From: Coniocarpon cinnabarinum
Taxonomy: Eukaryota
Assembly (NCBI GenBank): GCA_051942205.1
Contig: JAVECO010000209.1
Span: 1-37,414 of the forward strand
Reading direction: 5' to 3'
Length of the DNA stretch: 37,414 bases
Below, one piece after another: positions 24,049 through 36,560 of this stretch. Made by a program: the position numbers and the translations under genes. The stretch's first letter is position 1, and every line of letters starts with the position of its first letter. The notes beneath the pieces were generated by a model that had not been told where the DNA came from, ran no database searches, and was given only the letters and a program-made list of their open reading frames with translations.

Positions 24049-26165
24049 TCACTGAGGGTCGTGTTCGATAAGTTTGTTCAGGATGGCCTCGCCTTCTTCG
24101 AGATCCTCAGACGTCGTTCCAAGTCCATATGAAGCCTGAAAATTACGGCGACTGCCCCAACTATCTCTGACGGCGTCTTCCTTTTTTTCAATCATCTCCC
24201 TACTTCTCAATCCTGAAGGCTGTATCAAATACGGTGGACTAGCGTTTATTTTAGGTCAGCACGTTGATCTTTTTGATTTCTGTACAACCCTTTACCTACG
24301 TGTTTGCCGTTTCATGCCTTGCTGCGGTCTCGTCTTGTCCGATATCCCCGCTCAACTTCGCCTGGCCTTCTGTTCGTGTCTCTCCAATATCTTCTGTCGC
24401 TTGCTTGACCGTATTTCTCAAAAGCAGTTGCTGATATGCTTCATCAGAGATTGCCGAAAAAAGGTGTTTAATTAGATTCAGCTCCGGAGGGCTAGTTGAA
24501 AGTTTATGACCGTTTTGATGATGAGTTGCGACGTGGTTTTGCCGCTCTTCCCATGCGTCGAAAGGACTTTCGAATGGCCCCTCCCGATAAGCGCATAGTG
24601 GGCATTGGAAATATCGGGGTGGCTTTTGAGAGGCGAAATGAGTCAAGCAATGAGTCTTCCATTCGTCCAGGTGACGTGACTTAAAATGACAATCCAGCCA
24701 GGAAAATGCACACTCATACCAACAGCTTTGAGTGGCAGCCTTCGCGTCGCCATGTGAACTCGAATGAAGTCTTACACTCTCGAAGTCGCGCGGATGATCG
24801 GGCTCGGCTACACCAATCTTCTTACTAACTTCAGGCGCTGCAGCTACAGTTTCGTCAATGCTATGAGAGCTTTTTGAAAATACTGTAGTTGAGGTCTTGA
24901 GCCCGAGGGCGGTTGATTTAGAGTTGTCAAGTTCCTCGATGACCCTGCCATAGTAGAGGCCGCAGCATGGACTGTTTAAGAGCAATTAGCAAGGTAACAA
25001 GTAATAGGCGAGTAATCATGACTGACCACTCGCTGTATGTGTTTGTGCTCTCGGTAGCCTGTGAACACCTCGGACATGTATTTTGTAACAGACTCCCTGT
25101 GTTTCTAAAGACCATGTCCATATTTATGTGTTGCCCAGCTTTGAAAGCACCGGTCCAAGCTCGAACACGATGAATGTCCTGCGCTGCCTGTCGATCTCTT
25201 AGCGCAAATTGTTTCGCCAGAACCATACGATAGCCCTTCATCCCCCGAAAATGGTACTCGAGCACGTAATCAAGCATATCCCAGGAGTTGATCGTCTGCA
25301 GATGAATCGGCCAGCGTCTTCCCAAGGCATCGATCAACATAAATGATCTGCCGTTAAGCTGGCATTGATTGACAAGCCATGTCATCTTTGTGTTCATGGA
25401 AGTTACTATCTTATATGTGTCGACAGCAACGGCTTGGATGCTAGATATGGAGCCCATCAGGCCTTGGCCATATTCAATCAGCCATCGAATGTTCGTTGTG
25501 CAGAAGATCTTCCTAAGACACGCGTAGACGCGGTTTAGTATTCGGTTGGAATCATTGCCACTTGATTGGATCTCGGTAAGGAGTCTATATTGTTGTCTTT
25601 TCATGGCTCGCTCCTCTTCCTGTGCCGCAGTAAGCAACGTCTGTGTCTTTGCATGCCCGAGTTCATTTATGGTGCTGCCATAAGTCCACAATTAGTACGG
25701 AAGGCACACCGGATCTTCTAAGGCTTACACATTCCATACTCCAAGTAGAGTATGTAGCGACAATGTATGAGAAACAACACTCTTCGAAAACTTCTCTAGG
25801 TCGTTGCCCTTGTATAGTTTCCATTGTATCTTATGCTTCGCATCTCGTAACTTGTCTCGAGATCCGCCCTGCTTCAAGAAGTTTCGATAACTTTCGATTT
25901 CGGTAAGAACAAGCTCTACAGAGCCGCGAAAATTGGCTGTGACTCGAGATGTGGCGTGTTGGAGCCCGCAAAGGGAAGGGCAAGCCTCTTGTCGCTTTAA
26001 CAGCCCTTCGACTTGATAGAGCGCATATTGGAATGAGTCTAATTGTTGGGTTAGTTGTTGGAACTCTTGTACAGACCCACGGCAGTCATCGAGTGCTTTG
26101 ACGAGCTTCGTAATAAGCTGGCAGACGGCGATAATGTCGCCGACGGAACCAAACGCTATCGGCAT
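24049..26165 (-). CDS. Fungal N-terminal (HeLo-like/STAND N-terminal) + ubiquitin-like domain + C2H2-like zinc-finger protein; exons 26165-25729, 25674-25027, 24971-24300, probably 24238-24049
   Basis: MPIAFGSVGDIIAVCQLITKLVKALDD (fungal STAND N-terminal motif). FMLIDALGRRWPIHLQTINSWDML...GQHINMDMVF plus CPRC..CPCC (fungal ubiquitin-like domain with Cys4). CAFSWLDC...HCLTH and CPLC...HVATHH. Canonical introns keep the frame; the last exon is optional (otherwise stop at 24296). Confidence 0.8.
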
Positions 26166-26515
26166 TATGTATAATAATGTGTGTTCACCATCACATACAA
26201 CTGCGAACAACAGCGTCGTTGAGGCGGTAGGATAGAACTACAGTCGATTTGGATGCCTGGCCTTGGCACGCATTACATGACATAAGCCCGGAAAGCTGTT
26301 GCAAGCTGTTCTGCTTGGCTGGTAGCCACAGAGAAAGGGAAAGAACAAGACGTGACTATTGCGGCAGATCAAGCGTTTAATTATCGCGTATCACTAAGCG
26401 CAGTTGATATTCGTAACAGACATACAGAAGCGCGGCTTATTGGACTCGAAATGACAGGCAAATGCAAACTCAGCTCACATCTTGTGGATCGACCTCTATC
26501 TAGAACCTCTTATTC

Positions 26516-27555
26516 TTACCCCAACTTACTCATAGCTGGAATGTGTGCCAATTTGCGAGCTCGATTAGCTGGTGGGTTTAGTCGCATCCGCTTACGACGC
26601 TGTTTAAATTGCTTAAGCAATAAGGGACAATGCAAGTTCTCTTTGCGCTCCCATGTAGATCTCCAGCACACCCTGAACTCTACATCTCCACTAGTCGTTA
26701 CGCGGCTATCAAGGATGCGCTTGACTTCCCAATCTTGTGCCTCGTCGTCGACTCGATCGTTTGTGACGACGCTGCCGCCGCCATCAATGTCACTATTCGC
26801 GTCATCTCTTATTTCGCTAGGTGCCGAGGCTGAATCCGCTCGAGAAGCTGACGATCGACACCCGCGCACTGTTCTGAACCGAGACGGCGAGCCGTGACAG
26901 ACCAGGTTATCCGCAACCCTCACCGTGTCTGTGACTGGGTCCGGATCTTGAGACAGACAATTGTCACGTATAGTTTCTTGGGCGTTCTGTTGCAAAGGCG
27001 ACGCTGGTGTTTTACGAGCGCAGGGATCTGAAGGCCTAGGTAGAGGACTGACTGTCATACGGGTGTCATTATCGCTAGCCGAAACTTGAGGGCTAAGGTC
27101 ACTCGCCACCCTTGCAGGCAACGCTTGTTGCTCATGACCTATCAGTTCGTCTAGCGGAGGGATCAACGTATTGCCGGCTGGGTCGCAGTCGTCCGGTATT
27201 TCCATTGGCCAGGCTACACAACTATTAGAGCCTATATATTACGCAGGATTTGTTGTCGCTTACCTTGGGTGTCATCTGCGGAGTTCGGAGCACAAGCCTT
27301 ATCTATTGGCTTGAAGGAAGTCCAGGAATGAGCTCTAGGAAGAAGGGAGTTGTCTGAAGGATCTGGCTCTAAGCGAGCAGATTGGTGTAAGTAGACATCT
27401 CTAGTGGCCTCGTCGCACTGTGTCGCAAGTTGCTGCGTCGAGATGGAAGCGGTGCACGCTCCTGCCTTGTTCAATTTGGGCCGAGCCGGGTGCTTCTCTA
27501 GAGGTCCTGTGTACTGAACGACTTGTAGGCCCGAAGCACTAAAGTTGGTGAACAT
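26516..27555 (-). CDS. Disordered protein with a C-terminal chromodomain-like domain (329 aa); exons 27555-27264, 27213-26516
   Basis: WEVKRILDSRVTTSGDVEFRVCWRSTWERKENL followed by basic KQRRKRMR. Intron 27263-27214 (GTAAGC..CTAAT..TAG) joins two ORFs in frame. Confidence 0.75.
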
Positions 27556-28868
27556 GCTGTCTAGCTCTTACACGCGGATTCTTTCAGAAGAAGAAGCTGA
27601 ACGAAATGGCGAAAGAGTGCAGCTTGCGTGGAGAATGGCTAGGCGTCGATTCTTAAGTAGTCAATACTTGGATCCGCTCTGTGTCCCCTTGGGCACGGAG
27701 AGTCGACGCCTCCGCTGGCTGATTGGAGTCTTACGTCGTCTGTTTGCATCAGCCTTGTGAGACGTTCTTGAATGCCCGAACCGCATCTTGCAGGAGCCTT
27801 TAATGTACGCGATGCAGTGTAATCTTGCTCGCGAGTCGTGCTTCTGTTGCCACTAGCCTGTCGGAAGACGTCCATTCCAGACCTTCTCTTTCTGCTCCGC
27901 CCCTCGGAACTGATACTGTCAATTCCGCGGCGTAACACTACAACGTTACGTCGACCACTGGCGCCGCTTGGGACAATCATCCCTGATCGCAGATTTTTCA
28001 ATGGCATGATTGGATAGAAAATGCCGCATCGCTGGGTCGTTGTACAAGCGAGAGCTGCAGACGCTAAGACGGCAGCGCCGCGAGCGCAAATGAATCAGAG
28101 GCAAAAGCGCCGCGCCATCTGTGGAAGATGCCGTAGACGAGCATGGCTGAGTTCCAGGTTTGGCCAGAGCCCGACAGACTTCACAGACTCCGGCGAGCTG
28201 AAGGATGTAACAGTCGTGGAGCCAGAGCAGAGACCAGAGGCTAGGATCAGGCGTGAGGCACAGCCAGAAGGCCGGGTGATATCTTGTCGATCGGCTAACG
28301 ATAGCCAGTTGTTCGTCTAGGAGGCAACTCCGCCGGGGAAACACATCTCGCCGTCGGCAAAGCCCAGAAAATAGCGCAACTGGGATTAGCCGGATGAAGG
28401 GTTACACCTCTGAGTAGATGCCGTTACCGCTGCGACCTACAGCTGACAGGAAGCGCAGACAGCCGAGCAGCATGACTGAGTGCTAGCGGGTGACGCGGCA
28501 CGCAGATACGTATGGAGTCCTAATAGGTAAGGCAAGGATTGGACATAGCTAGAAGTTTAGATAAGGTTGGTATGGGAGGACGCTAAAAGAAACGACAACA
28601 GCGGTAAGGAAGCATAAAGCTATGTATACCGGAGCGTACTGAGGCCAGGAGGTGGGTAGAAACAGGTAGAATGCGAGGGCAGCAGCGAAGCCGCAGGCCG
28701 TGAGTAAGGAAATTAGGCAGTGGAGCAGAAACGCAGAGCAGAGAGAGCAGGAAAGCGAGGATCTTATATGGACACACTGGCGCACGGACCCACGAGCTGA
28801 GCGCCAAGGATGGGGCGCCTTCCCGCTTCAGGGGTGGCGGCTTCCTAACGCAGCGACCCCAGCAGATG

Positions 28869-29733
28869 GATAATACTTATAATAATAGTTATAATAAGAC
28901 TATTAATTTAATAGTGATTATAATTATAGTTATAATTCTTTTTATTGTAGTAAAATACATTTTTTAATAACTAGATGCTAGCTATTCTAAAGCTAACAAA
29001 TAGCTATAAAAACATAAAATATAATATAATTATAATAATAATAACAATTATAGCTAATGAAGGATTTATAAGATTTATTAAAAAAATAATTATTATATCA
29101 TAAATTTAGTTATAGTACTAAATATAGCCTACCCTGCCCTAACCTACCTAGGAAAAACTCTCTTAATCTTAAATATTACTTATATCTACTTTGTAAAGCT
29201 TTAAAACTACTTTATATAATTTTTTATAATAAAATAGGTCTAGTAAAAAAGTAACTACAACTTTTTTTTAAATACTTAACCTACTTTCTAAGAGAAACTG
29301 TACTATTCTATCTTTAACTACCCCATCTAAAAAGCCTATATCTACTATGTATAGTAAAAATTCTAAAAAAAAATCGAAAAAATATTACTAAAAAGATATA
29401 ATTATAATTATTATTAAATTAAGAGTCCTACTATAATTATTAGCCTAATTATTGTTTTAGGTCTTATTTAGCTACTATCTAGCTATATAATAGCTTTATA
29501 TTAACTAGTATCTAGCTATTAAAAAAATGATGATTTTTTACTATTAAGAAAGAAATTATAATTATTATTCTATTAATAGCTTTAGTATAGATATAGATAT
29601 AGGTATAGGTTTAACTTTAGATATGAAGTACCCTACTAAAGCTTAGTATTACCTAAATATATCTATATATAATAAGTAGATTTAGATTTAATAATTAAAT
29701 ATTCTATTAAAGCTTTGTATTACCTAACCATAC
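28869..29733. repeat. Extremely AT-rich RIP relic of an unidentifiable repeat
   Basis: Abrupt compositional switch at ~28869, near absence of CpA/TpG, TpA excess. Confidence 0.7.
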
Positions 29734-30142
29734 TGTTACGCGGGGTCGGAGGATGATCCCTTAGTGGCTTCCTTTTACAACACGGTCAGGGAGAGAGCCA
29801 GAGGTTCTAAAGCTAGAGGACTCGCTCTTAAGTCTCTTCAAGTTAGAAATAAGGGGTTTTAGGTAAAGTATAAAGCTCGTAACTTAGTATAAACAAATTA
29901 TATTTAGACTATAAGTTGGTAGACTAAAGTTTGTCCCAAGGGTCGTCCTTTAGTCTAGCTATATAGATAGTAAGGTCGCCAATTCTTCTGCGACCTGGTC
30001 ACTAAGGTCGCAGCGACCTCTATGACCGGCTACAGGTCCTTCCTACAGCCTTTAGTGTCAATAGACGTTAGGTCGCAAGGCTGGCTGCGTCCGCTTATAA
30101 TAGGGCTGTGCTAACTTCTGGAATTGGCCTAGCGGCGTAACA
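29734..30142 (-). repeat. 3' LTR of the chromovirus
   Basis: Direct repeat of 36561-36969, same length; the differences I checked are C/T or G/A transitions. Confidence 0.95.
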
Positions 30143-30248
30143 CAATCCCCTCTCTTCTATACGAATTGTCCTTAATCGTAAGACTAATTTACGAGCGTTC
30201 AAATACCTGTTACTCCCTAAATTGCTTCTATAAGTGTATGTGTTTGTT

Positions 30249-30842
30249 ATGTCCCTGAGTAATACTAAAGCTCAAAAGGGTCGTCGTATCCAGTTGTCTA
30301 ATAAAATACTCTCCAAATCCAAGCCTAGGATGCCCTAGTGCGATTCTTACAAGAGAGCTAGTACAGTTTATTAGGTGGCTCCTTAAATCTATCGCGCATA
30401 CGCTTGTTGTGTGCGTAGTAACCATAGCTCTAAGTACAATACTCAGGTAAGGGAATTAGAGTATTTGTCCTTCTATTATCTGCGCCGCTGCGTTGCTGCG
30501 CGTCTAACCTCCCTAGAGGATAAATTAGAAATTAAGCTTACTCGCATTAAAGAGCACAAAAAGGCGCTAAAGCGTGCCCTATTAGCGGTGCGGAGAGAGG
30601 AAGAGCGGGTAGAGGCTCGTTAGAGAGCGTAATTTGCTAAGGAGGTAGAGTTTTTAGATACTTAGGAGGTAGCGGATACTAAGTCAGGGTTGGGTCCCGT
30701 CTTAATCCCTTAGAAGGATATGTTATTCGATTTTTAAGGCGTAGATCCGTTGTTACTAGATCCTTAGTTGTAGGGTGCGTTATTGTCTAGTAGTCTTAGT
30801 AATACTTCTAAATCAAATCCTGGCAACTCGTTAGGTTCCTAA
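30249..30842 (+). pseudogene. RIP-decayed antisense ORF inside the chromovirus: six-Cys Zn-cluster-like motif + coiled coil + acidic tail
   Basis: One 198-codon frame from ATG 30249 to TAA 30840-30842. Reverting TAC/TAT to TGC/TGT gives C-DS-C-KRAxTV-C-x9-C-AC-C-x8-C from ~30339. It is followed by LTSLEDKLEIKLTRIKEHKKALKRALLAVRREEERVEAR. Confidence 0.65.
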
Positions 30843-33800
30843 CTGGTTCCTAAGTATTCTTATAATCTTTGTATCCCTTCCACTTAATTAGGTATTAAGT
30901 TTATTTTTGTTTTATCTGTTTTAATAAGATTACTTTGACCTCGTATTCTGGTTCTTAACCCTCCTTGTTAATAGCTAGGTTAGGTCGTTCTAATTTGTCG
31001 CTATATGCCGGTTTAAGCAATGCGACATAAAATACTAGATGTATTTTTATCTAGGGTAGCAATTTGAGTTTATAGTTGACTGCCCTAACTTGTTTAAGTA
31101 TCTTAAAGGGTCTAGTTTTTATATAGTCCAGTTTTTTGCTTAGTCTTTCTGTTCTAATGTTTTTTATAAGCAGGTATGCTCTACCCCCTTTTTTAAGGTC
31201 TGTAGGCGTTAGGGTATATTTTATAAACTTTAAAGTCCTAGCTTGTAAGAATCTAATATCGTCTTAAAGCTATTAATATATTTATTTTGTTTTATTAGTA
31301 AATCTGGTGGCTTTAACATTGTCTATTGTATAGGGAGTAGTTCTCCTAAATAGCGATTAGAATCTATATAGTGCTTTAAAGGGTAAGAATTAAGTTGTTT
31401 CGTTTTTTAACGTATTGTAGGCCGCTATAGCGACTAGCAATAGGTCTGCCTAATTGCTCTAGTCGTAGTTAACGAACGTTCGCAGGTATTATTCTAGGGT
31501 CTGGTTTATTCGTTTAGTTTGGCTATCTGTCTGTAGGTAGTATAAGGTTGACATTTTATAAGCAATTCTAAGTGCTGTTATTATTCCTTTCCAAAATTTA
31601 GAGATGAATTTTCGATCTCTGTCTAATATTATTTTTTTTAGAGTCCTATGTATTGCCTAAACGTAAGCAATAATTCTTTTTACTATAGATTCTACCGTTA
31701 AAGCTTCGTGCATAGGTAGGAAGTATGCAAACTTGGTTAATTTATCTATAATTACATAGATCGTATTATACTTTCTCTATCCTATAAAGTTTGATTTTAG
31801 TAATTTTATAACAAAATCTAGTATAACGGTATACTATAGTTATAGTGGAATTTTAGTATATTGTGGTTCCCTGTATAGTAAATGTCTCGAGTGCTTTGTC
31901 CTAGCACATATGTCGTATTTCTAAATATATTCTTTAACTTGTTGTCTTATTCTTAGGAAGTAGTACGTTCTCGTGATTCGTTCGAGTGTTTGCTCGATTC
32001 TAGAGTGTCTATAGGTCAGTGAATCGTAGAAATCTAAGATAACCTAGGTTATTAGTTTCCTAGGGACGTAAATTCTGCCCTAAAACTTATAATATCCGTA
32101 ATCTGATTTTTTTAAAGTTAAGTTGCTTTACCAGGTAATATTTTTAAACTATTAAATTTCTAAATCCTTAGGGGTTTCTTGTTTTATTGTATTAAGCATA
32201 TAATTAGGCTTAATTATACTAGTATTAAGCGTTGCAAGTTCGCGTTATTAGTAGTATATTGTATTCCCCCATTTTTCGAATATTGCGTAATTTAGTTCTA
32301 GTTTGTTTTTTATATAATTAGGTCGCCGGCTTAGGGCATCTACCCTTATATTCTTAGATCCTTTTTAATAATTAATCTTTAAATCGTAAGGTGATAAGAT
32401 CTCAACCTAGCGGCCTTATCGTCTGTTAAGCTGTTTTGTTGTTGTAAAGTGGGTAAGGTTCAGATAATTAGTATAGACCTAAATAGTATGTTTCGCATCT
32501 TTAAAGTAGTGTCTCTATTGTTTGTATAATACGACGATGGCTTATAGCTCTTTATCGTAGATATTATATCTAACTTCTATTAGCGAGAGCTTCCTTAAGT
32601 AGAATACTACTGGTTATAGCTTTCTGTTGTATAGTTAACTAATGCTAGCTCTAATAGTAAAGTTACTTAAATTAGTTTCTAGAGTAATTAGTAGGTTAAA
32701 ATTAAATATCGCGAGTACTATACCTGTCTTAAAGCTTTCCTTAATTTTATTAAAAGCGTTCCTCTCTATCTCTATCTATTTCTAAGGTTTGTCTAATTTG
32801 GTTAACTTAGTCAATAGTAAGACAATTTTTAAATAATCTTTAATCCAACGTTAGTAGAAATTAGCGAAGCCCAAAAATTGTTAAACTTCTTTAACCGATT
32901 TTAATTCTGGCCAGTTAATAACTGCTTAGACTTTAGATCTTTCTATCTTAAAACTATTAGCTGTGATTACAAATCCTAAAAATTTGACTGATTCCTTGTA
33001 GAATTCGCACTTGTTGGGGTTAAGCTAAAGGTTGGCTTTAGCTAAACATTCTAATACCTTTTAAACGTGCGTTTTGTATTCTTTAAGTATCTTTAAGTAG
33101 ATCAAAATGTTATCTATATATGCGTAACAGAATATTCCTAAGTACTGCCGCAATACATTATTAATAAACTTTTAAAATGTTGCTAGAGCATTTATAAGTC
33201 TAAATAGTATAACACGCTATTTATAGAGACCTATGTTAGTTCTTATAGTAGTAAGCTATTAGCACTTTTTGTTTATTTGGATTTCGTTGTATACTAAGAT
33301 AATATTAAGCGATATAAATATCTTTGCACTATAGAGATTATCTTAGATCTTATTAGTAAGAGGTAGTAGTAATCGGTCTTTAATTATTTTATTATTAAGT
33401 AACCAATAATTAACATATATTCGTAGTTTGCTATTCTTCTTTAGTACGAAAAGTATTAGTAAAGCGGCTAGCGATAATAACTCGACGATATGTCCCTTTA
33501 CTAAGAGAGTTGTAATCTATTCCTTTTACGCTTCCTTCTCCTTTTCTGATAGTAAATAGATTGGTCTAAATGTTAGTTGTTAATCTAGTAGTAAAGGTAT
33601 CAAATAATCCTATAGTTGATATTTTAGGAGAGCGGAGACTAGCTCCTTCTCCTTAAATAAATAGTAGAATTAGCTGTATTTCTTTAGTATCTCCTTTACC
33701 TTTAGAGTACTCGTATAAGATTATTAGCCCTAACTCTGTTTATAAGTTACGCGCGGTACAACTCTAAAAGTCAGACTAATATCTTCTCCTAAGTTATCGT

Positions 33801-36560
33801 ACTATTAGAGTTTAGCGGTGTAAGCTATTGTGATTTCTTTATTACGCTCCTTATCCTTACTCTCTATTTAAGCCTATAGGGTATCTATTCCGTAGAATAA
33901 CGTATAATCTTGTAAGCAGTTGTACCTTATAAATAGAACCTTTTTAGTAGCCCAATTTACGTTAGGGTTATGTTATATAATCTAGGGTCGTCCTAGTACC
34001 GCTAGGTTTTGTCCGACGTTTATAATGTTAAAGGTAATATCTTCTTTATAATCCCGTATTTGTATATTTATTAAAGAAGTTTCTATGTTAACTAGTCTAT
34101 TGTTATAATTAATAGGGTTACTATCTGCTGTATCTAAGTAATATGTGTAGTATTTTTTCTGTATTTGTAATCCACAGTATTTTATATATTGTATTGATAT
34201 AAAATTCCTAAATACGCTAAAGTTAAGGAGAACTTAAATAACTCTACTGTTTAACTAAATAATAATAGTCGATATTTCTAGATTAAAGGATCCTACTGTT
34301 GTTGTGTCTAGGTTTGGCCTCTTTCTTCTTTGTTAATACGTCAAGGATAGAAGAGGGTTTGTCCCATCTATTAAGCATATAATTAAATTGAGCTGTCGAG
34401 GAGGTACTATTTGCTCCCCAGTTGCCCTAAAAAAGAAGTTGATAGGTAGATTCCAGCTAGCTTGAGACGACATTGGATGTCTCCTTGTTCCATAATAGTG
34501 ATTTCCTAACTATCTGGAGTTATAACTTGATGTGTTCGTAGGCTAATGCTTGTTAAGCTGTTTATATTGTACTCGCGTCTTAGTTGTAACATGTTAATTA
34601 TATATTCGACGAGATTCTATAGGCGTATTTTAATATGTTTCTCTAGGTTATCTAGTTTATACTTAGCACTTCGCCTACCCTTATGAAAGGCGATTGTGCT
34701 AAGTCTCTAGAGTATTCCCGTCTAATGGTTCTTTATAAAATTGTTTTCTACTAAATATTCGCTTTCTAGGCTTAAACTGTTAGTATTATTGCTAGCTTTA
34801 GATTTCGTACCGTCTGCTTAAGAGTCTTAGTTAAGCGCTTTAGATTTAAGCCGGTTAAGTTTCTAAGATTCGTCGTATGATAGGTTACCTGTCTAAGTCT
34901 GAGATTTAGGTGGAAAGGGCGTTGAGGCGCGTTCGATCGCCGCAAAGGTATGCTTCTAAGGACGTCGTAGGAACTATCCCGCACCTTCTTTATCCAAGAT
35001 GTAGACCTTATAGGCATCGTTATAGCATCCTATCTATAATAATTTTGAATGTTCCGGATGTTTAGGGTTAATATTGTTATTATGGAATCCTAAACGTTCC
35101 TTTGCTGGTGCTTATACTTTCGGAGGTAAATTCTATTTATAAGAGTCCTAGCCTTGTTATATGTCCTTAATGTCTTCCTAAGATATTCCTTCGGATTTGT
35201 TCTAGTCGATAAATCCGTCCTAGAATTTACTTCGTTGTTCTGGTGTTAGATCTTAAATATACCTGTGCCAGGTTAGATGATTGCGTTTAGGCAATCCTAG
35301 TCCCTTAAGTGTGTTCTAGGTTAGTTGATAGAGTTCCTTGGGTTCGACTATATTTACTAATTCGTTTAGAAAGTCCTATTCTTGTTATTTCTTAAGGTAG
35401 TTCCGAAGTTCCTTAATATCTTGCTAATCTTAATCTATTTATTTACGTATTCCTTGTATTTTCTATAAATTTGCTTTGTAATCTATGAGTAGGTCTACTG
35501 CTTTCCTAACAATTTCTAGGATTTGTATAAAAAGAGTTAGGCTATTTATAGTCCTAGCTTCGATTATAGCTAGCGCCTCTTCTCTAGTTATGTTAGATTA
35601 TAATTCAAGTGCGTAGACCTATTGTCGAGGTTTTTTTAATTTATTAACCTTGTTAGTAGATTTCTTTTACTAGCACTAATTAACTCGGTGTCCTAGGTTG
35701 CTACAGTAAAGGTAAAGTTTATTTCTTATCTGGTGTTCACGTTCTTGTTGCATAAGTTTTCTACAAGGCTTAAGCTCCGTATACTCAATTCCCTGTATTA
35801 GGTCTCTATAGTCCTTGTATTGACCTTAGAATCCTCTAGAGAATTTACTGCCCTTCTTTTTAAGCTGTTGTTCGTAGTTGCGTCGATCAATTAACCGTGC
35901 TTTTTCTATCATATCTTTAAGATTATTAAACTTAGTAAGATTATCGATTTTTTCTTTAACATGATCCTTAAGACTATTATAGAATACGTCTATAAGAGGC
36001 TTCTTATTCTATCTGGTCTTAGTTGAATACTAGAGGTACTTAGCTGCGTACTTTATAATAGATCCTATTTATTAGAGATACTTGATCTTTTAAATAGTAG
36101 TGCGCCTGATATCTTAGTCTCTATAGATTTTATTAAGTTCTTTTTTAAAATATGCGTAGCTACCAAAGTAACTGTTGGTTTCTGGAAGGCGATCGCGCGG
36201 GGTCTTATATAGCTAGTCTTCTATGTAAAAGTTGAACTACTTAGCCGTATCTCCTTCTAAATAAGATGCCGCAAAAAGTACCTTAGTTGGTTTGTTTAGA
36301 AAATTGTTATTGTTAACCTTAAATATAGATTTAAGCTTAATAAGAAATAAGGTTAGCTTATTCTGGTTACTATTAAAGGTTTCCTTTATTTTAATGTTTG
36401 CTTTAGATATATCACCTATAGTAGACATTGCCGCTGCGATCGCTGGATTGGTCTGCCTATCCTCTAAGGACTAAGCCTAGGGACGGCGTAAGGTTGGTTC
36501 TAATATAGTAGACATATTATTTATAATAGAACTTAGTCTCTTCTAGTAAGTCTACTAAAG

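Noticed and set aside
26352..26897. 181-aa plus-strand ORF and similar shadow ORFs (21179-21610, 21906-22193, 9098-9340, 19982-20296)
   Set aside because: Antisense shadows of better-supported genes, with no domain signal.
27556..28807. 5' extension of the chromodomain gene or separate genes
   Set aside because: The in-frame upstream region has five stops and no motifs; the ORFs are unsupported, though decayed exons cannot be excluded.
4183..28868. DUF3435 Starship captain or DUF3723 gene
   Set aside because: No tyrosine-recombinase-like or DUF3723-like motifs were recognisable in any ORF, so Starship identity is unproven.
34421..34440. TTTTTTA slippery heptamer on the minus strand as the gag-pol frameshift site
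   Set aside because: RIP can create T-runs, and the gag frame appears to continue ~140 nt further; the site cannot be fixed without a consensus.
34772..35017. 81-aa minus-strand ORF
   Set aside because: Out of frame with gag; the meaningful motif lies in the stop-riddled gag frame.
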